Of a stretch of DNA of 64,000 bases, positions 37,689-48,107 are shown one piece after another. Position 1 is the stretch's first letter. Every line of letters starts with the position of its first letter. A program made the position numbers and the translations under genes. The DNA is taken from contig CAZNRX010000007.1 of the NCBI GenBank assembly GCA_964575455.1, positions 2,252 to 66,251 of the forward strand, written 5' to 3'. The notes beneath the pieces were generated by a model. The model saw nothing but the letters and a program-made list of their open reading frames with translations. It ran no database searches and was not told the origin of the DNA. This DNA is from an uncultured Anaerolineales bacterium (GTDB taxonomy: Bacteria; Chloroflexota; Anaerolineae; B4-G1).

Positions 37689-40600
37689 ATGGGTGAAAAC
37701 AGGATTCTAGCTGAGGAGACGTATCGTAGCCTGATTGAGCGGGCGAACGACGGCATCGTCATCATTCAGGATATGCAATTCAAGTACGTCAACCCCCGGC
37801 TGGCGGAGATCCTTGGCTGTGGCGTGGAGGAGCTTCTCGACAAGCCCTTCGCCGACTACGTACATCCCCAGGATCGGGCCAAGGTCGTTGATCGATACCA
37901 GCGGAGAATGCGTGGGGAAGGACTCCCCGGGACGTCGCCTATCCCCACGATCTACCAGGTGAAGCTCAGGCGCAAGGACGGCAGCGACGTCCTGGTGGAA
38001 CTCAACGCTGGCCTCACGACCTACCAGGGAGAGCCGGCTGACCTGGCGATTGTCCGCGATATCACCGATCGTGGCTTAGCTCCGCACGCTAGGCGACTGG
38101 AGCAGGAGGTCAGGAAGCGTCAGCTGTATCTGGAAGGGGTTCTGGAATCCACACCCGACGCCATCGTCACCTTGGATCCCGATCATCGGGTCTCGGAGTG
38201 GAACCCGGGAGCGGAGAAGCTGTTTGGGTACTCATCGGAGGAAGCGGTTGGGCGCGATCTTGACGCGCTAATTGCCGGGCCGGATCCGGAGATGTTCGAG
38301 CAGGCGACCAAGCTCACGTGGCACGTCCTGGCGGGGGAGGTGGTTCCTCGTGCCGAGAGCACGCGGTACCGAAAGGACGGCACCCCGGTGAATGTGATCC
38401 TGGCCGGGGCCCCAATCGAAGTCGAGGATGAGTCGGTCGGCGCGGTGGTGGCCTACACCGACATCACCCAGCGCAAGCAGGTTGAAGAGGCGCTGCGAAG
38501 GCGTACCCAGCAGCTGGAAGCGCTGCGGGACGTGGGACTGGATATCATAGGCGAGTTGGAGCTCGACGAGTTGCTGCAGAGCATCGTGAAGCAAGGCTGT
38601 CGTCTGCTGGGCGTCAAAGGCGGCAGTCTTTATCTCGTTGACGGCTGTCGCCAGGGTAAAAGGCCTTCGTCCAGGTATCTCGTAGGCACGAAGCGTGCGA
38701 GGCGGCGTCACGCACCGGAGGCAGAAGGCGGCCTTGAGCAGGTGGTCAGCTATGGATACAAGAGAGATCGCACAGGGTCGAGAATTACACGGGGCGAAGG
38801 AACCGCCGGCAAGGCCTGGCAGGAAGGCAAGCCTGTGGTCGTGGACGACTATCACCATTGGGAGGGACGAGCAGCCGAGTGGGAGGATGAGGAGCTTACT
38901 GCTTCCCTCGCTGTACCGCTGAAGCACGGCGACCAGATCGTTGGCACGCTTGGTTTCGACGCTGTGACCGAGGACAGATCCTTCGACGAGGATGACGTGT
39001 GGTTGACCTCGCTCTTCGCCAATCAGGCCACCATCGCCATTGAGAACGCTCGTTTGTATGAGGAGACCGCATATCGCCTCGCCGAGACGGAGGCGTTGCG
39101 AAAGGTTATGCTGGCGGCCGCTTCGACCCTCGACCTGGATCAGCTGCTGGAGCGGTCGCTGCGGGTTATCCATCGGGCACTGGACATCAAGCATCTGAGC
39201 TTCTCGTTTCCGGATGATTCGGGGGAGTTCATGGTGGTCCATCCTTCGCAGATTGGATTCTCCGTTCCACCCGGCGAAGCTCTCCGGCTTCCTATGGACG
39301 CCAGCGTTGCCGGTCGCGCCTACGTCAACCAGAGCCCGGTCTTGATCAAGGACACCTCCGAGACGCCCTACTATCACGAGTACAAGCCCGAGATGCGATC
39401 GGAGTTGACGGTGCCGGTATTCATAGGAGACGAGGTGGTCGGCGTGCTGAATGCCGAGAGCCCAGAGGTGGGCGCGTTTGATGAGGGCACGCTCCACATC
39501 TTTGAGGCCGTCGCCGCCCAGCTGGCGACGGCGATGGAGAACGTCCGGCTACACGAGGAGACCGAGCGGCGGGCCTCTCGGCTGAGGGCCGTCAACCGCG
39601 TTGCGCGCAGGGCGAACTCGCTGCTGCATCTGGATGATCTTGTTGAGGCGGCATACCAGGAGATAGATTCGACCTTCGAGGTGGATGCCTTCTTTCTCGC
39701 TCTCTACGATAGGGAGGAGGATGAGCTGGACTTCCGCCTCTCGGTCGACGAGGGTACGAGGGAGCCCCCTCTTCGACGGCCCTTGGAGCCTGGGCTGACT
39801 GCTTCTGTCGTCAGCAAGGGCGAGCCCCTGCTCATCTACGACTATGTCTGTGAGCAGGAAAGGGAGGACCTGCCTCCAGCGGAGACCTGGGGCACAGGCA
39901 AGATCTCACGCTCGTGGCTGGGCGTGCCGATGCGAGCTGCAGGGGAGGTGACGGGGGTCATCTCAGTGCAGGCTTATCGTTCCTTTGCCTACGATGATGA
40001 GGACGAACAGCTTCTTTCCACCATCGCTGACCAGGTAGCCATGGCGTTGGAGAAGACACGCCTGTATGAGGAATCTCAGAGACGGGCCAGCCAGGCCGCG
40101 CTGCTGTATGAGGTAGGGCGACACGTAAGCAGTGAGCTGGAGCCCGATATACTGCTCGACACCATCGTCTCCTCCGTGCGAGAGTCATTTGACTATCACA
40201 ACGTGATCCTTATGTTGCTTGATGGATGGGTGGGGGCCGCCGGGGAGGGGCTGAAGCCCTCGCCGCGGGAGGGGGGATACACGTCATCCCGGGGATACAC
40301 GTCATCCCATGACGAGCACGCTGCGGAGGAGCGCCTCCGGATGCAATCCATCGCCGGTGCCTACGTTGGTATTCTCCCCCCTGATATCTCGTTGGCCATC
40401 GGAGAGGGTATGATAGGCTATGCGGCGTTGAGCGGTGAGACACAGTTGAGCAATGATGTGAGCACAGATCCTCACTATGTACGTAAGGCGACGGAGAACA
40501 CGAAGTCTGAGCTCGCTGTGCCGATCAAGAGCGGCGACAGGGTGATCGGCGTGCTCGATCTGCAGGATGATGAACTAGGGGCTTTTGATCAGTCGGATGT

Positions 40601-43600
40601 GACGACCCTGGAGACGCTCAGCAGCCAGATCGCTGCGGCCATTGAGAACGCACGTCTCTTCCAGGCCGAGCGCGAGAGGTCGGCGCAGCTAGCCACCGTC
40701 TCGAAGGTGGCCGAGAGCATCACTTCTACCCTGGATCCGCGGGTGGAGGCCCCCGATGATGGGTCGAAGGGCGATGTTGCCTTTTCACCGGTGCTGGACA
40801 GAACGGTGGAGATGATCACCGAGGCTTTCGACTACTATTACGCGAGCATCATGCTTCTGGACGAGGAGAGCGGCGACCTGCTCTTCAAGGCGGGTGCGGG
40901 CGGTTTCGCGGGCGGAACCGCCGAGCAGATGCCCCCCGATTTTCATCAAGCCATTGGGGAGGGGATGATAGGATGGGTGGCAGAGCAGGGAGAGACCCTG
41001 CTCGCCAATGATGTGAGCCAGGAGCCACGCTACATCCCCGCCTATTTGGATGAGACCAAGTCTGAGTTGGACGTACCGCTCAACTATCGCGACAAAGTGA
41101 TCGGTGTGCTGGATCTTCAGAGCAAGGAGCTCGACGCCTTCAACGAGCATGACGTCATGGCCATGGAGGCCCTTGCGGGCCACGTCGCCGCTGCCATTGA
41201 GAATGCGCGCTTATTTGGGGTTGCCAGGCGGCGTGTGGCTGAGCTCCGGGCGGTGCGTCAGGCGAGCCTCCAGCTTACCTCCACGCTGGAGCTTGAGCCT
41301 GTCCTGGAGACGATTCTCGAGAACGCCCTTAACCTAGTAGCAGCAGACGATGCTCACATCTTTCTCTACGACAGCGGGGATAGAAGCCATTCCCTGGGCC
41401 GGCGGATCACGGATCTGCCGGGAGCGGGAAGGAGGGAGGCGGGCAAGGGAGGAGCGGGGGGTGAAGAAGCAGGAAGGGTAGGGGCCCGAAGGGGAGATGA
41501 GCAGGGCGGGAAACTGACCTTCGGCGCTGCCATGTGGGACGGCGAGCGTCGCGAGGAGCCCATTGACACCATCCGACCGCACGGTCTGACGTACACCGTG
41601 GCCCGCCGAGGGGAGCGTATCGTTGTCTCCGATGCGATGAATCATCCGATTTTCGAGGGCCGTCGATGGGATGGCGCCATTGTCGGCCTGCCACTCACCA
41701 TCGGTGATGAGGTGCAAGGGGTGATGAACGTCGCCTATCAGCACCCTCACGTCTTCACCGACGAGGAGCTGTGGGTGCTTGATCTGCTGTCCGATCAGGC
41801 AGCTATCGCCATTCGAAACGCCAGGCTTTACGACGAAGCCCGAGATCGGGCTCTGGAGCAGGAGACCTTGCGGGAGGCGGCTCTTGCCCTGACGACGGCC
41901 CTGGAACGCGACGAGGTCGTCGAGCGCGTGTTGGCGCAGACGCAGCGTGTAGTGCCCTACGATACCGCCTCGGTGATGCTTCTCTCCGGAGACTGCGTGG
42001 ACATCGTGGGTGGTCGAGGGTTTCCGAACCTGTCCGAGATTGTAGGGGTGTCCTTCCCACTGAGTGATGAGCATCCGAACCGAGAGGTAATTCGGACTGG
42101 CGAGCCCGTCATCCTTGAGGACGCACCAGAGGCCTATGAGGCTTTTCGTCGAGAACCTCACGCCCTGGCCGAGATTCGCTCCTGGCTGGGCGTGCCGATG
42201 CTCGTGGGAGATCGGGTGATCGGCATGATCGCTCTCGACAAGTGTACGCCTGGATTCTACACGGACGAGCATGCCCGTCTGGCGCGGGCGTTTGCTGCGC
42301 AGGCGGCTGTCGCTTTCGAAAATGCTCGGCTCTACGAAGCGGAACAGGAGCAGCGGGAGCTATCCGAGCGGCTCCGTGAAACAGCTCTTCTCCTGAACAG
42401 GAGCTTGGATCTCCAGGAGGTTCTGGAGATGATCCTGGAGCAGTTGGCCAGCGTCGTCAACTATCACAGCGGAAGCGTCCAGATCCTGCAGGATGACAGA
42501 GGTCCACGTGGGAGGGCCACCGAGGTGATTGCCGCCCGGAACCTGCCCGGGAAGGAGCTAGGGCACGCTTACCCGCTGGAGCACTATGCGTACAACCGTC
42601 GTCTCGTCGAGGAAGCGGAGCTCGTCGTGATCGACGATGTGCGCGAGAACAGCCAAGGCTGGCGTGGGGTCGGAGGGTTGGAGCACGTGCGGGCCAACGT
42701 CGGTGTGCCCCTCCAGGTCCGAGATCAGGTGATTGGCATCCTCACGGTGGATAGCTGCCATCCAGAAGCTTATGCGGAGGATGACGCCCGCCTGATACAA
42801 GCGTTTGCCCAACAGGCGGCTGTAGCTATCGAGAACGCCCGGCTCTACGAAGAGGCTCGGAAACGAGCACTGGAGCAGCAGACGTTGCGGGAAGCGGCCC
42901 TGGCGATGACGACGGCCTTGGAGCGGGATGAGGTCGTCGAACGCATCTTGGCTCAGCTACAGGAGGTCGTCCCATACGACACGGCGTCGGTCCAGTTGCT
43001 TCAAGATGGTCACGGTGATGGACGCCATTACCTGGAGATTGTAGGCGGGAGGGGCTTTCCCAATTTGGGGGAGCTGGTGGGCATTGCCTTTGACCTGACG
43101 AATGGGGATCACCCGAATCGGACGGTCATTTGCACGCGTCAACCGCTCATCCTGAGAGACGCTGGGGCGTCGTACGAGGAATTCCGGCGTGAGCCGCACA
43201 GACAGGCGGGTATGCGATCGTGGCTCGGCGTGCCTATGCTGGTCGGCGACCGATTGATCGGCATGATAACCCTGGACAAGCGAGAGCCAGAGTTCTACAA
43301 TCACGAGCATGCCAGGCTAGCCGAGGCGTTCGCGGCACAGGCTGGGATCGCTATTGAGAACGCCCAGCTGCATCAGGAGACGGTGAGACAGCTGGCGGAG
43401 ACAGAGGTTCTCCGTGAGACGATGCTGGCAGCCGCCTCCACGCTCGATTTTGACGAGGTGCTGGCTCGGACCATTGACGTCCTGGAGCGCGCCATGGGCA
43501 TTGAGTACCTGGGCTTCATGCTTCCTGAGGAGGATCGAAGCAGCGGTGAGACCTCCATGGTGAGCCATCCCTGCGTGCTGGGCTTCACGCCGCCCGAGGA

Positions 43601-45710
43601 GGGATATCGCTTCCCGGTTGATGAATGCTTGACCGGTCAGGTCTATCAGACTGGGGAACCCAGGATCCTATCTGACGTTCGCGAAGAGGGGCCTTACGCT
43701 GTTGCCGCTGAAGAGGTGCGTTCCGAGCTTGCTGTCCCTGTCAAAGCGGGCGACGAGGTCGTGGCGGTCCTCAACCTGGAGAGTGCACATCCCGGTGCGT
43801 TTGACGAACAGGATCTCGCCTTCTACACTGCGATTGCTGGTCAGCTCGGCATCGCGATGGAAAACGCCCAACTCTTCGAGGCGGAGCGGAAGCAGCGACA
43901 GCTGTCTGAGGCCCTGGAGAAGGCGGCTGTTGCGGTGAGCAGCACCTTGGAGCTTGAGCAGGTACTTGACCGTATCCTCAAGCAGGTCGAACAGGTCGTC
44001 CCTGGGGATAGCTTCAACATCATGCTGATCGAAGACAGTGAAGCTCACATCGTTCGCTCGCGAGGTTATGAGAGGCTGGGGGTTATGGAGGCGGTGAGGA
44101 CGTACTCTCTTCCTGTTTCAGACTATCCTCACTGGGTAGAGATGTCGCGCAGCGGCGAGCCTGTCGTGATCTCGGACACAGCTTTGGATGACGGTTGTTC
44201 ATTCAGCTACTGGAGTGGTCGCGAGGGTGGGGATAGACGCCAGGACGAGGATGGACGCCATCCTTGGGACTGGTTAAGGTCCTACGTGGCCGCACCTATT
44301 CGCGTGGGCGACACGACGGTTGGCTTTCTCAACGTGGACGGTCTGGAGCCGGGGCAGTTCAGTTTCAGTGATGCGGTACGATTGGAGACGTTCGCCAGCC
44401 ACGCTGCGACCGCCATAGAGAACGCTCGGCTGTATGAGAGGCTGCGTGATCACGCGGAGACCCTGGAGCTGCGTGTGGCGGAGCGTACGGCACAGCTCCA
44501 GGCTCAGTACGGGCGACTGGAGGCGATACTCGACAGCACCGTCGACGGTATCGTGGTCACGGGCCCCGATGGTGAGCTTGTGCTGGCGAATCCTGTCGCC
44601 CGAGAGTGGCTCACTCAGACACTTTCACCCGAGGAAGCCGGTCTGCTGCGCCTGACAATTCGGGAGATGGCCCAGCGTGCGGGTGGAGGACCGCCCGGGG
44701 AGGATCTGGAGGAAGTGCTCGAGTTGACCGGCCTGGACCTGCAGCTGCGGGCTGCGACTATTCACAAGCCAGGGTCGGAGGAGGACGGACACCATCCGGA
44801 TGCCAAGGCTGGAGATCCGGCCGCGGTCGTGGCGATTCACGACATCAGCCACCTCAAAGCCCTGGACCGCATGAAGTCTCGTTTTGTCTCCAACGTTTCT
44901 CATGAGCTGCGCACGCCGATTGCGACAATCAAGTTGTTTGTCCACTTGATGCGGAAGCAGCCGGGGAAGTGGCAAGAGTATCTGGAGCCCCTGGCTCAAG
45001 AGGCGGAGCATCAGGCGGATCTTGTGGGGGATATCCTGGAGATCTCCCGCGTGGATGTGGGCCGATTGGAGATCAAGCGAGAGCCGGCGAACCTGGAGGG
45101 GCTGGTTGATATAGTGGTAACCAACTGCGAGACGCGGGCGCAGGAACGGGGACTGACGCTTGAGCACGGGGATGTCGGGAGGCCTTGTGCTCCGGGTGAG
45201 GATGTCCGCGCGCGGCTTGATGCTGGGGACGCGCAAGGCACCGAGACACTGTCCGCGCTCCCTGTGGCCATGGTGGACACTCAACGTATGACACAGGTTC
45301 TGGACAACCTGATCAACAACGCCATAAGGTATACGCCGGAAGGCGGCAAGATCACGGTATGGACCGGGAGGGCCGAGGTCGGAGGGCGTGCATGGGGGAC
45401 GGTGACAGTGGCGGACACGGGTATGGGGATACCGGAGGACGAGCTGCCGCACGTCTTCGAGAGGTTCTTCCGTGGGGAGAAACCTCGCACGATGCAGATC
45501 TCCGGTACGGGCCTAGGCCTGGCCATTGTGAAGGAGATCATCGAGCTGCACGGAGGCCACGTGACGGTCGAGAGCGAGGTGGGCGAGGGCAGCCGCTTCA
45601 CCGTCTGGTTGCCGGCCGTAGACGCCTTGGCGGGAGTGGACGATGCCGCGGAGCTACCAGGTCCCCGATCAGAACTGGACGGGGAGCGGGACAAGGGAGC
45701 TGTGGGGTAG
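37689..45710 (+). CDS. Giant cytoplasmic sensor histidine kinase: PAS-PAS-(GAF x ~11)-PAS-HisKA-HATPase_c, 2673 aa
   Basis: Eleven GAF-terminal IENARLYEE-type motifs counted. H-box HELRTPIATI; N/G boxes NLINNAIRYTP and GTGLGLAIVKE. No TM segments seen. Confidence 0.85.
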   Translation: MGENRILAEETYRSLIERANDGIVIIQDMQFKYVNPRLAEILGCGVEELLDKPFADYVHPQDRAKVVDRYQRRMRGEGLPGTSPIPTIYQVKLRRKDGSDVLVELNAGLTTYQGEPADLAIVRDITDRGLAPHARRLEQEVRKRQLYLEGVLESTPDAIVTLDPDHRVSEWNPGAEKLFGYSSEEAVGRDLDALIAGPDPEMFEQATKLTWHVLAGEVVPRAESTRYRKDGTPVNVILAGAPIEVEDESVGAVVAYTDITQRKQVEEALRRRTQQLEALRDVGLDIIGELELDELLQSIVKQGCRLLGVKGGSLYLVDGCRQGKRPSSRYLVGTKRARRRHAPEAEGGLEQVVSYGYKRDRTGSRITRGEGTAGKAWQEGKPVVVDDYHHWEGRAAEWEDEELTASLAVPLKHGDQIVGTLGFDAVTEDRSFDEDDVWLTSLFANQATIAIENARLYEETAYRLAETEALRKVMLAAASTLDLDQLLERSLRVIHRALDIKHLSFSFPDDSGEFMVVHPSQIGFSVPPGEALRLPMDASVAGRAYVNQSPVLIKDTSETPYYHEYKPEMRSELTVPVFIGDEVVGVLNAESPEVGAFDEGTLHIFEAVAAQLATAMENVRLHEETERRASRLRAVNRVARRANSLLHLDDLVEAAYQEIDSTFEVDAFFLALYDREEDELDFRLSVDEGTREPPLRRPLEPGLTASVVSKGEPLLIYDYVCEQEREDLPPAETWGTGKISRSWLGVPMRAAGEVTGVISVQAYRSFAYDDEDEQLLSTIADQVAMALEKTRLYEESQRRASQAALLYEVGRHVSSELEPDILLDTIVSSVRESFDYHNVILMLLDGWVGAAGEGLKPSPREGGYTSSRGYTSSHDEHAAEERLRMQSIAGAYVGILPPDISLAIGEGMIGYAALSGETQLSNDVSTDPHYVRKATENTKSELAVPIKSGDRVIGVLDLQDDELGAFDQSDVTTLETLSSQIAAAIENARLFQAERERSAQLATVSKVAESITSTLDPRVEAPDDGSKGDVAFSPVLDRTVEMITEAFDYYYASIMLLDEESGDLLFKAGAGGFAGGTAEQMPPDFHQAIGEGMIGWVAEQGETLLANDVSQEPRYIPAYLDETKSELDVPLNYRDKVIGVLDLQSKELDAFNEHDVMAMEALAGHVAAAIENARLFGVARRRVAELRAVRQASLQLTSTLELEPVLETILENALNLVAADDAHIFLYDSGDRSHSLGRRITDLPGAGRREAGKGGAGGEEAGRVGARRGDEQGGKLTFGAAMWDGERREEPIDTIRPHGLTYTVARRGERIVVSDAMNHPIFEGRRWDGAIVGLPLTIGDEVQGVMNVAYQHPHVFTDEELWVLDLLSDQAAIAIRNARLYDEARDRALEQETLREAALALTTALERDEVVERVLAQTQRVVPYDTASVMLLSGDCVDIVGGRGFPNLSEIVGVSFPLSDEHPNREVIRTGEPVILEDAPEAYEAFRREPHALAEIRSWLGVPMLVGDRVIGMIALDKCTPGFYTDEHARLARAFAAQAAVAFENARLYEAEQEQRELSERLRETALLLNRSLDLQEVLEMILEQLASVVNYHSGSVQILQDDRGPRGRATEVIAARNLPGKELGHAYPLEHYAYNRRLVEEAELVVIDDVRENSQGWRGVGGLEHVRANVGVPLQVRDQVIGILTVDSCHPEAYAEDDARLIQAFAQQAAVAIENARLYEEARKRALEQQTLREAALAMTTALERDEVVERILAQLQEVVPYDTASVQLLQDGHGDGRHYLEIVGGRGFPNLGELVGIAFDLTNGDHPNRTVICTRQPLILRDAGASYEEFRREPHRQAGMRSWLGVPMLVGDRLIGMITLDKREPEFYNHEHARLAEAFAAQAGIAIENAQLHQETVRQLAETEVLRETMLAAASTLDFDEVLARTIDVLERAMGIEYLGFMLPEEDRSSGETSMVSHPCVLGFTPPEEGYRFPVDECLTGQVYQTGEPRILSDVREEGPYAVAAEEVRSELAVPVKAGDEVVAVLNLESAHPGAFDEQDLAFYTAIAGQLGIAMENAQLFEAERKQRQLSEALEKAAVAVSSTLELEQVLDRILKQVEQVVPGDSFNIMLIEDSEAHIVRSRGYERLGVMEAVRTYSLPVSDYPHWVEMSRSGEPVVISDTALDDGCSFSYWSGREGGDRRQDEDGRHPWDWLRSYVAAPIRVGDTTVGFLNVDGLEPGQFSFSDAVRLETFASHAATAIENARLYERLRDHAETLELRVAERTAQLQAQYGRLEAILDSTVDGIVVTGPDGELVLANPVAREWLTQTLSPEEAGLLRLTIREMAQRAGGGPPGEDLEEVLELTGLDLQLRAATIHKPGSEEDGHHPDAKAGDPAAVVAIHDISHLKALDRMKSRFVSNVSHELRTPIATIKLFVHLMRKQPGKWQEYLEPLAQEAEHQADLVGDILEISRVDVGRLEIKREPANLEGLVDIVVTNCETRAQERGLTLEHGDVGRPCAPGEDVRARLDAGDAQGTETLSALPVAMVDTQRMTQVLDNLINNAIRYTPEGGKITVWTGRAEVGGRAWGTVTVADTGMGIPEDELPHVFERFFRGEKPRTMQISGTGLGLAIVKEIIELHGGHVTVESEVGEGSRFTVWLPAVDALAGVDDAAELPGPRSELDGERDKGAVG
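38073..38095 (+). repeat. GGCTTAGCTCCGCACGCT-family element inside the giant histidine kinase ORF (encodes GLAPHARR)
   Basis: Sequence match to the 26221, 28285 and 36689 copies. Confidence 0.55.
40228..40311 (+). repeat. In-frame G-rich hairpin repeat with a 2x tandem 18-bp GGGGATACACGTCATCCC unit inside a GAF domain
   Basis: Encodes GAAGEGLKPSPREGGYTSSRGYTSSHDE. Read directly. Confidence 0.7.
41417..41512 (+). repeat. In-frame purine-rich repeat (GGGAGCGGGAAGGAGGGAGGCGGGCAAGGGAGGAGCGGGGGG...) inside a GAF domain
   Basis: Encodes GAGRREAGKGGAGGEEAGRVGARRGDEQGGK. A near-identical 32-bp copy lies intergenic at 50041-50072. Confidence 0.75.
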
Positions 45711-45713
45711 GCT

Positions 45714-46109
45714 ATGGAAGACAGGAAGAAGATACTCGTGGTGGAGGATCATCAGCCCATGGCGGGGGCTATTGAGAGCATCCTTACAATGAAGGGGTAC
45801 AGCGTGGCGAGGGCCGCCAATGGAATCGAGGCTCTCGATGTCATGGAGGATATCCTGCCCGATCTGATCATAGCTGATATCCTCATGCCTGAGATGGATG
45901 GGTATGCGTTCTATCAGGAGGTGCAGAAGCGTTCGGAATGGCGCCATATCCCTTTCATCTTCCTGACCTCCATGGCGGAGAGAGAGGACATTCAGAAAGG
46001 TCGGGATTTGGGCGTCGACAGCTACATCACCAAACCCTTCGATCCGGAGGATCTATTGGCGGCGACGCGCAGTGAGCTGGAGCAGCCGGGAGTAGAGGGC
46101 GGCGAGTAG
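45714..46109 (+). CDS. Response regulator, receiver domain only (CheY-like)
   Basis: DD...D57-equivalent (IADILMPEMDG)...T/K motifs. 131 aa. Starts 4 nt after the giant kinase stop. Confidence 0.85.
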   Translation: MEDRKKILVVEDHQPMAGAIESILTMKGYSVARAANGIEALDVMEDILPDLIIADILMPEMDGYAFYQEVQKRSEWRHIPFIFLTSMAEREDIQKGRDLGVDSYITKPFDPEDLLAATRSELEQPGVEGGE

Positions 46110-46117
46110 CGGCGTCC

Positions 46118-46738
46118 CTAGCCGTAGATGCCGCGGTATTTCTCTGGGAGCAGCTCAGCGATGCGGTGCATGATGATATCCGTGTACTGGTGCAGCTTCT
46201 CGCTTCTAATGTGGCCGCTTTCGGGCAGACGGAACGGTTCACCAATTGCGACGCGCACCTTGGGGCGGTGGAGCCGCAAGAGGCTTCTCCTGATTTTCTC
46301 CGAGCCGGCGATTCCTACTGGAACGATAAGCGCATCGGCGCGCGTGGCCACGTAGGCGGCTCCCGCTTTTCCCTCCTGAAGCGCGTGGCTCGTGTCGGCC
46401 CTCGTACCTTCGGGGGCTATGCCCAACACCTCACCCCGCTCCAGGACGGCCAGTGCCTTTCGGAGAGCTTGACGGTCGACTTCCTCCCGCCGCACCCAGA
46501 TCGCGCCAGAACCAACCAAGATCGGTGCGAAGAGCGGGTTCGATTGGTGTTCGATAGCGGCCAGTGCTCGCACCGCGTGCGGGAAGGTGGCCGCTAGCAA
46601 GGGGATATCAAACGCCGACAGGTGATTGGTCGCCAGGATGTAGGGTGGGTCGGATGGTATGTTCTCCGCACCGATGACGTGCGTCCGGGTCGTCAGCCGG
46701 GTGAGAATGATCGCAATGACGCGCAGTATGGGGTACAC
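46118..46738 (-). CDS. plsC: 1-acyl-sn-glycerol-3-phosphate acyltransferase (PlsC family)
   Basis: NHLSAFD (HxxxxD) and PEGTR acyltransferase motifs. Confidence 0.8.
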   Translation of the reverse strand: MYPILRVIAIILTRLTTRTHVIGAENIPSDPPYILATNHLSAFDIPLLAATFPHAVRALAAIEHQSNPLFAPILVGSGAIWVRREEVDRQALRKALAVLERGEVLGIAPEGTRADTSHALQEGKAGAAYVATRADALIVPVGIAGSEKIRRSLLRLHRPKVRVAIGEPFRLPESGHIRSEKLHQYTDIIMHRIAELLPEKYRGIYG

Positions 46739-46741
46739 GAC

Positions 46742-47863
46742 CTATCCTCCCGAGGTTATCCCTTCCGCTGCATGCCCTAGTACGGTGATGGTGAAGTCAT
46801 AGGGGACGTCTCCATGGGTGGCGAGTGAGCAACTGAAGGTCACCTCTGCTCCCGGGGCGAGCCCCTCTTCGACCAGCCCGCTGCCGCTCGAAGAGCCTGG
46901 GGCGGATGGACCTGCTTTGGTCTTGCGGAATCCCGTGACTGTCCCTTCAGCGTCATACGTGGTGATAAAGACATCCACCGAATCGGCAGCGCGTTGTGTG
47001 CTCGTATTCTTGACCGTGCCGTTCACTTGGAAATGTGGGCCTGAGGGGTTGCCCTCGGCCGCCACCACCGACAGTGGCACATAGGCGCTGGCGACGGCCC
47101 CAGCCTCCTGCCCGCGTATGACGGTCGCCTGATAGCTGACCCAGTCTGGTGGTGGTGTCGTGAACAGGACTCTGAAGGGCGAAAGCTCTCCGGCTGGTAT
47201 GATATCCATGGCGACGAACGTGTTGGCCTCCATCACCGGCTCGCTGGCGGCATTCAGAAGTGCTACCTGTACCTGCACGTTCGTCAGCGTGACGGCTGTC
47301 GTGTTGGCGACCTCTCCCAGGGCTAGAAGGCTGTCAACAGGCGTCTCGTAGAATCCCATGCCCTGGATTTGGATCGGTTGTGGCGTGGGCGTGGGCAGGA
47401 GTTGGCCTGGCGTGGTCTGACCTGGTTCCTCTTGGCGGGGAATGACCAGTCGTTGTCCTACTTGAAGGAATTGGGGGTTCTCAACCCCGTTGGCTTTCTG
47501 GAGGGCCTCTACGCTCACTCCGAAATCGAAAGCGATGGCCTGCAGTGTGTCCCCCTGTTGGACGACGTGTACGATCGGCGTGGGCGTGATGGTCGGTGTC
47601 GCCGTATCAGGCTGTGAACCGGAGGGCACTTCTGTGGCTGGGCGATGTAGGGGGGTGGTGAGGTGGGTGGCATCCGACACGGCGGTCGGCGTGTCTGCGG
47701 ACAGGGATGCCCGAGTAGGTTCCGGTGTGACGACCTGACCACAGGCCGCCAGCAAGACCACGGTTCCCATGAGGAGGGTGAGAAGCAATGGTAGGCCGAG
47801 TGCCTCGCTTGCGATCTTCCGATGGTCGATCATCCATTCATCAGCTGATCTATCCTCAAACAT
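46742..47863 (-). CDS. LysM peptidoglycan-binding domain membrane-anchored protein
   Basis: N-terminal TM segment, Pro/Thr linker, LysM (VVQQGDTLQAIAFDFGVSVEALQKANG...GQRLVIP), and a C-terminal beta-rich domain. Confidence 0.7.
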   Translation of the reverse strand: MFEDRSADEWMIDHRKIASEALGLPLLLTLLMGTVVLLAACGQVVTPEPTRASLSADTPTAVSDATHLTTPLHRPATEVPSGSQPDTATPTITPTPIVHVVQQGDTLQAIAFDFGVSVEALQKANGVENPQFLQVGQRLVIPRQEEPGQTTPGQLLPTPTPQPIQIQGMGFYETPVDSLLALGEVANTTAVTLTNVQVQVALLNAASEPVMEANTFVAMDIIPAGELSPFRVLFTTPPPDWVSYQATVIRGQEAGAVASAYVPLSVVAAEGNPSGPHFQVNGTVKNTSTQRAADSVDVFITTYDAEGTVTGFRKTKAGPSAPGSSSGSGLVEEGLAPGAEVTFSCSLATHGDVPYDFTITVLGHAAEGITSGG

Positions 47864-48107
47864 CCTGGACCTTACGGCTGGCGATTATACCATGCCTGTG
47901 GTTATCGGCCCAGTGACCATCGGATCTTGGATGTTCGGAGAATGACAAGAGACTCTGCAGGATTCGCATCGTTTGACTTTTGGGGCGTTTGACGGTATCT
48001 TATAGATATGTTGCATTGCTCCCACGATTGACGGCGGCCTAGGCCGCTGTGTTTCCGGGCTTCGCGTGCTACAGTGGCCTTTGCTGTTCCGAGCCAAGGA
48101 GGTAGCT

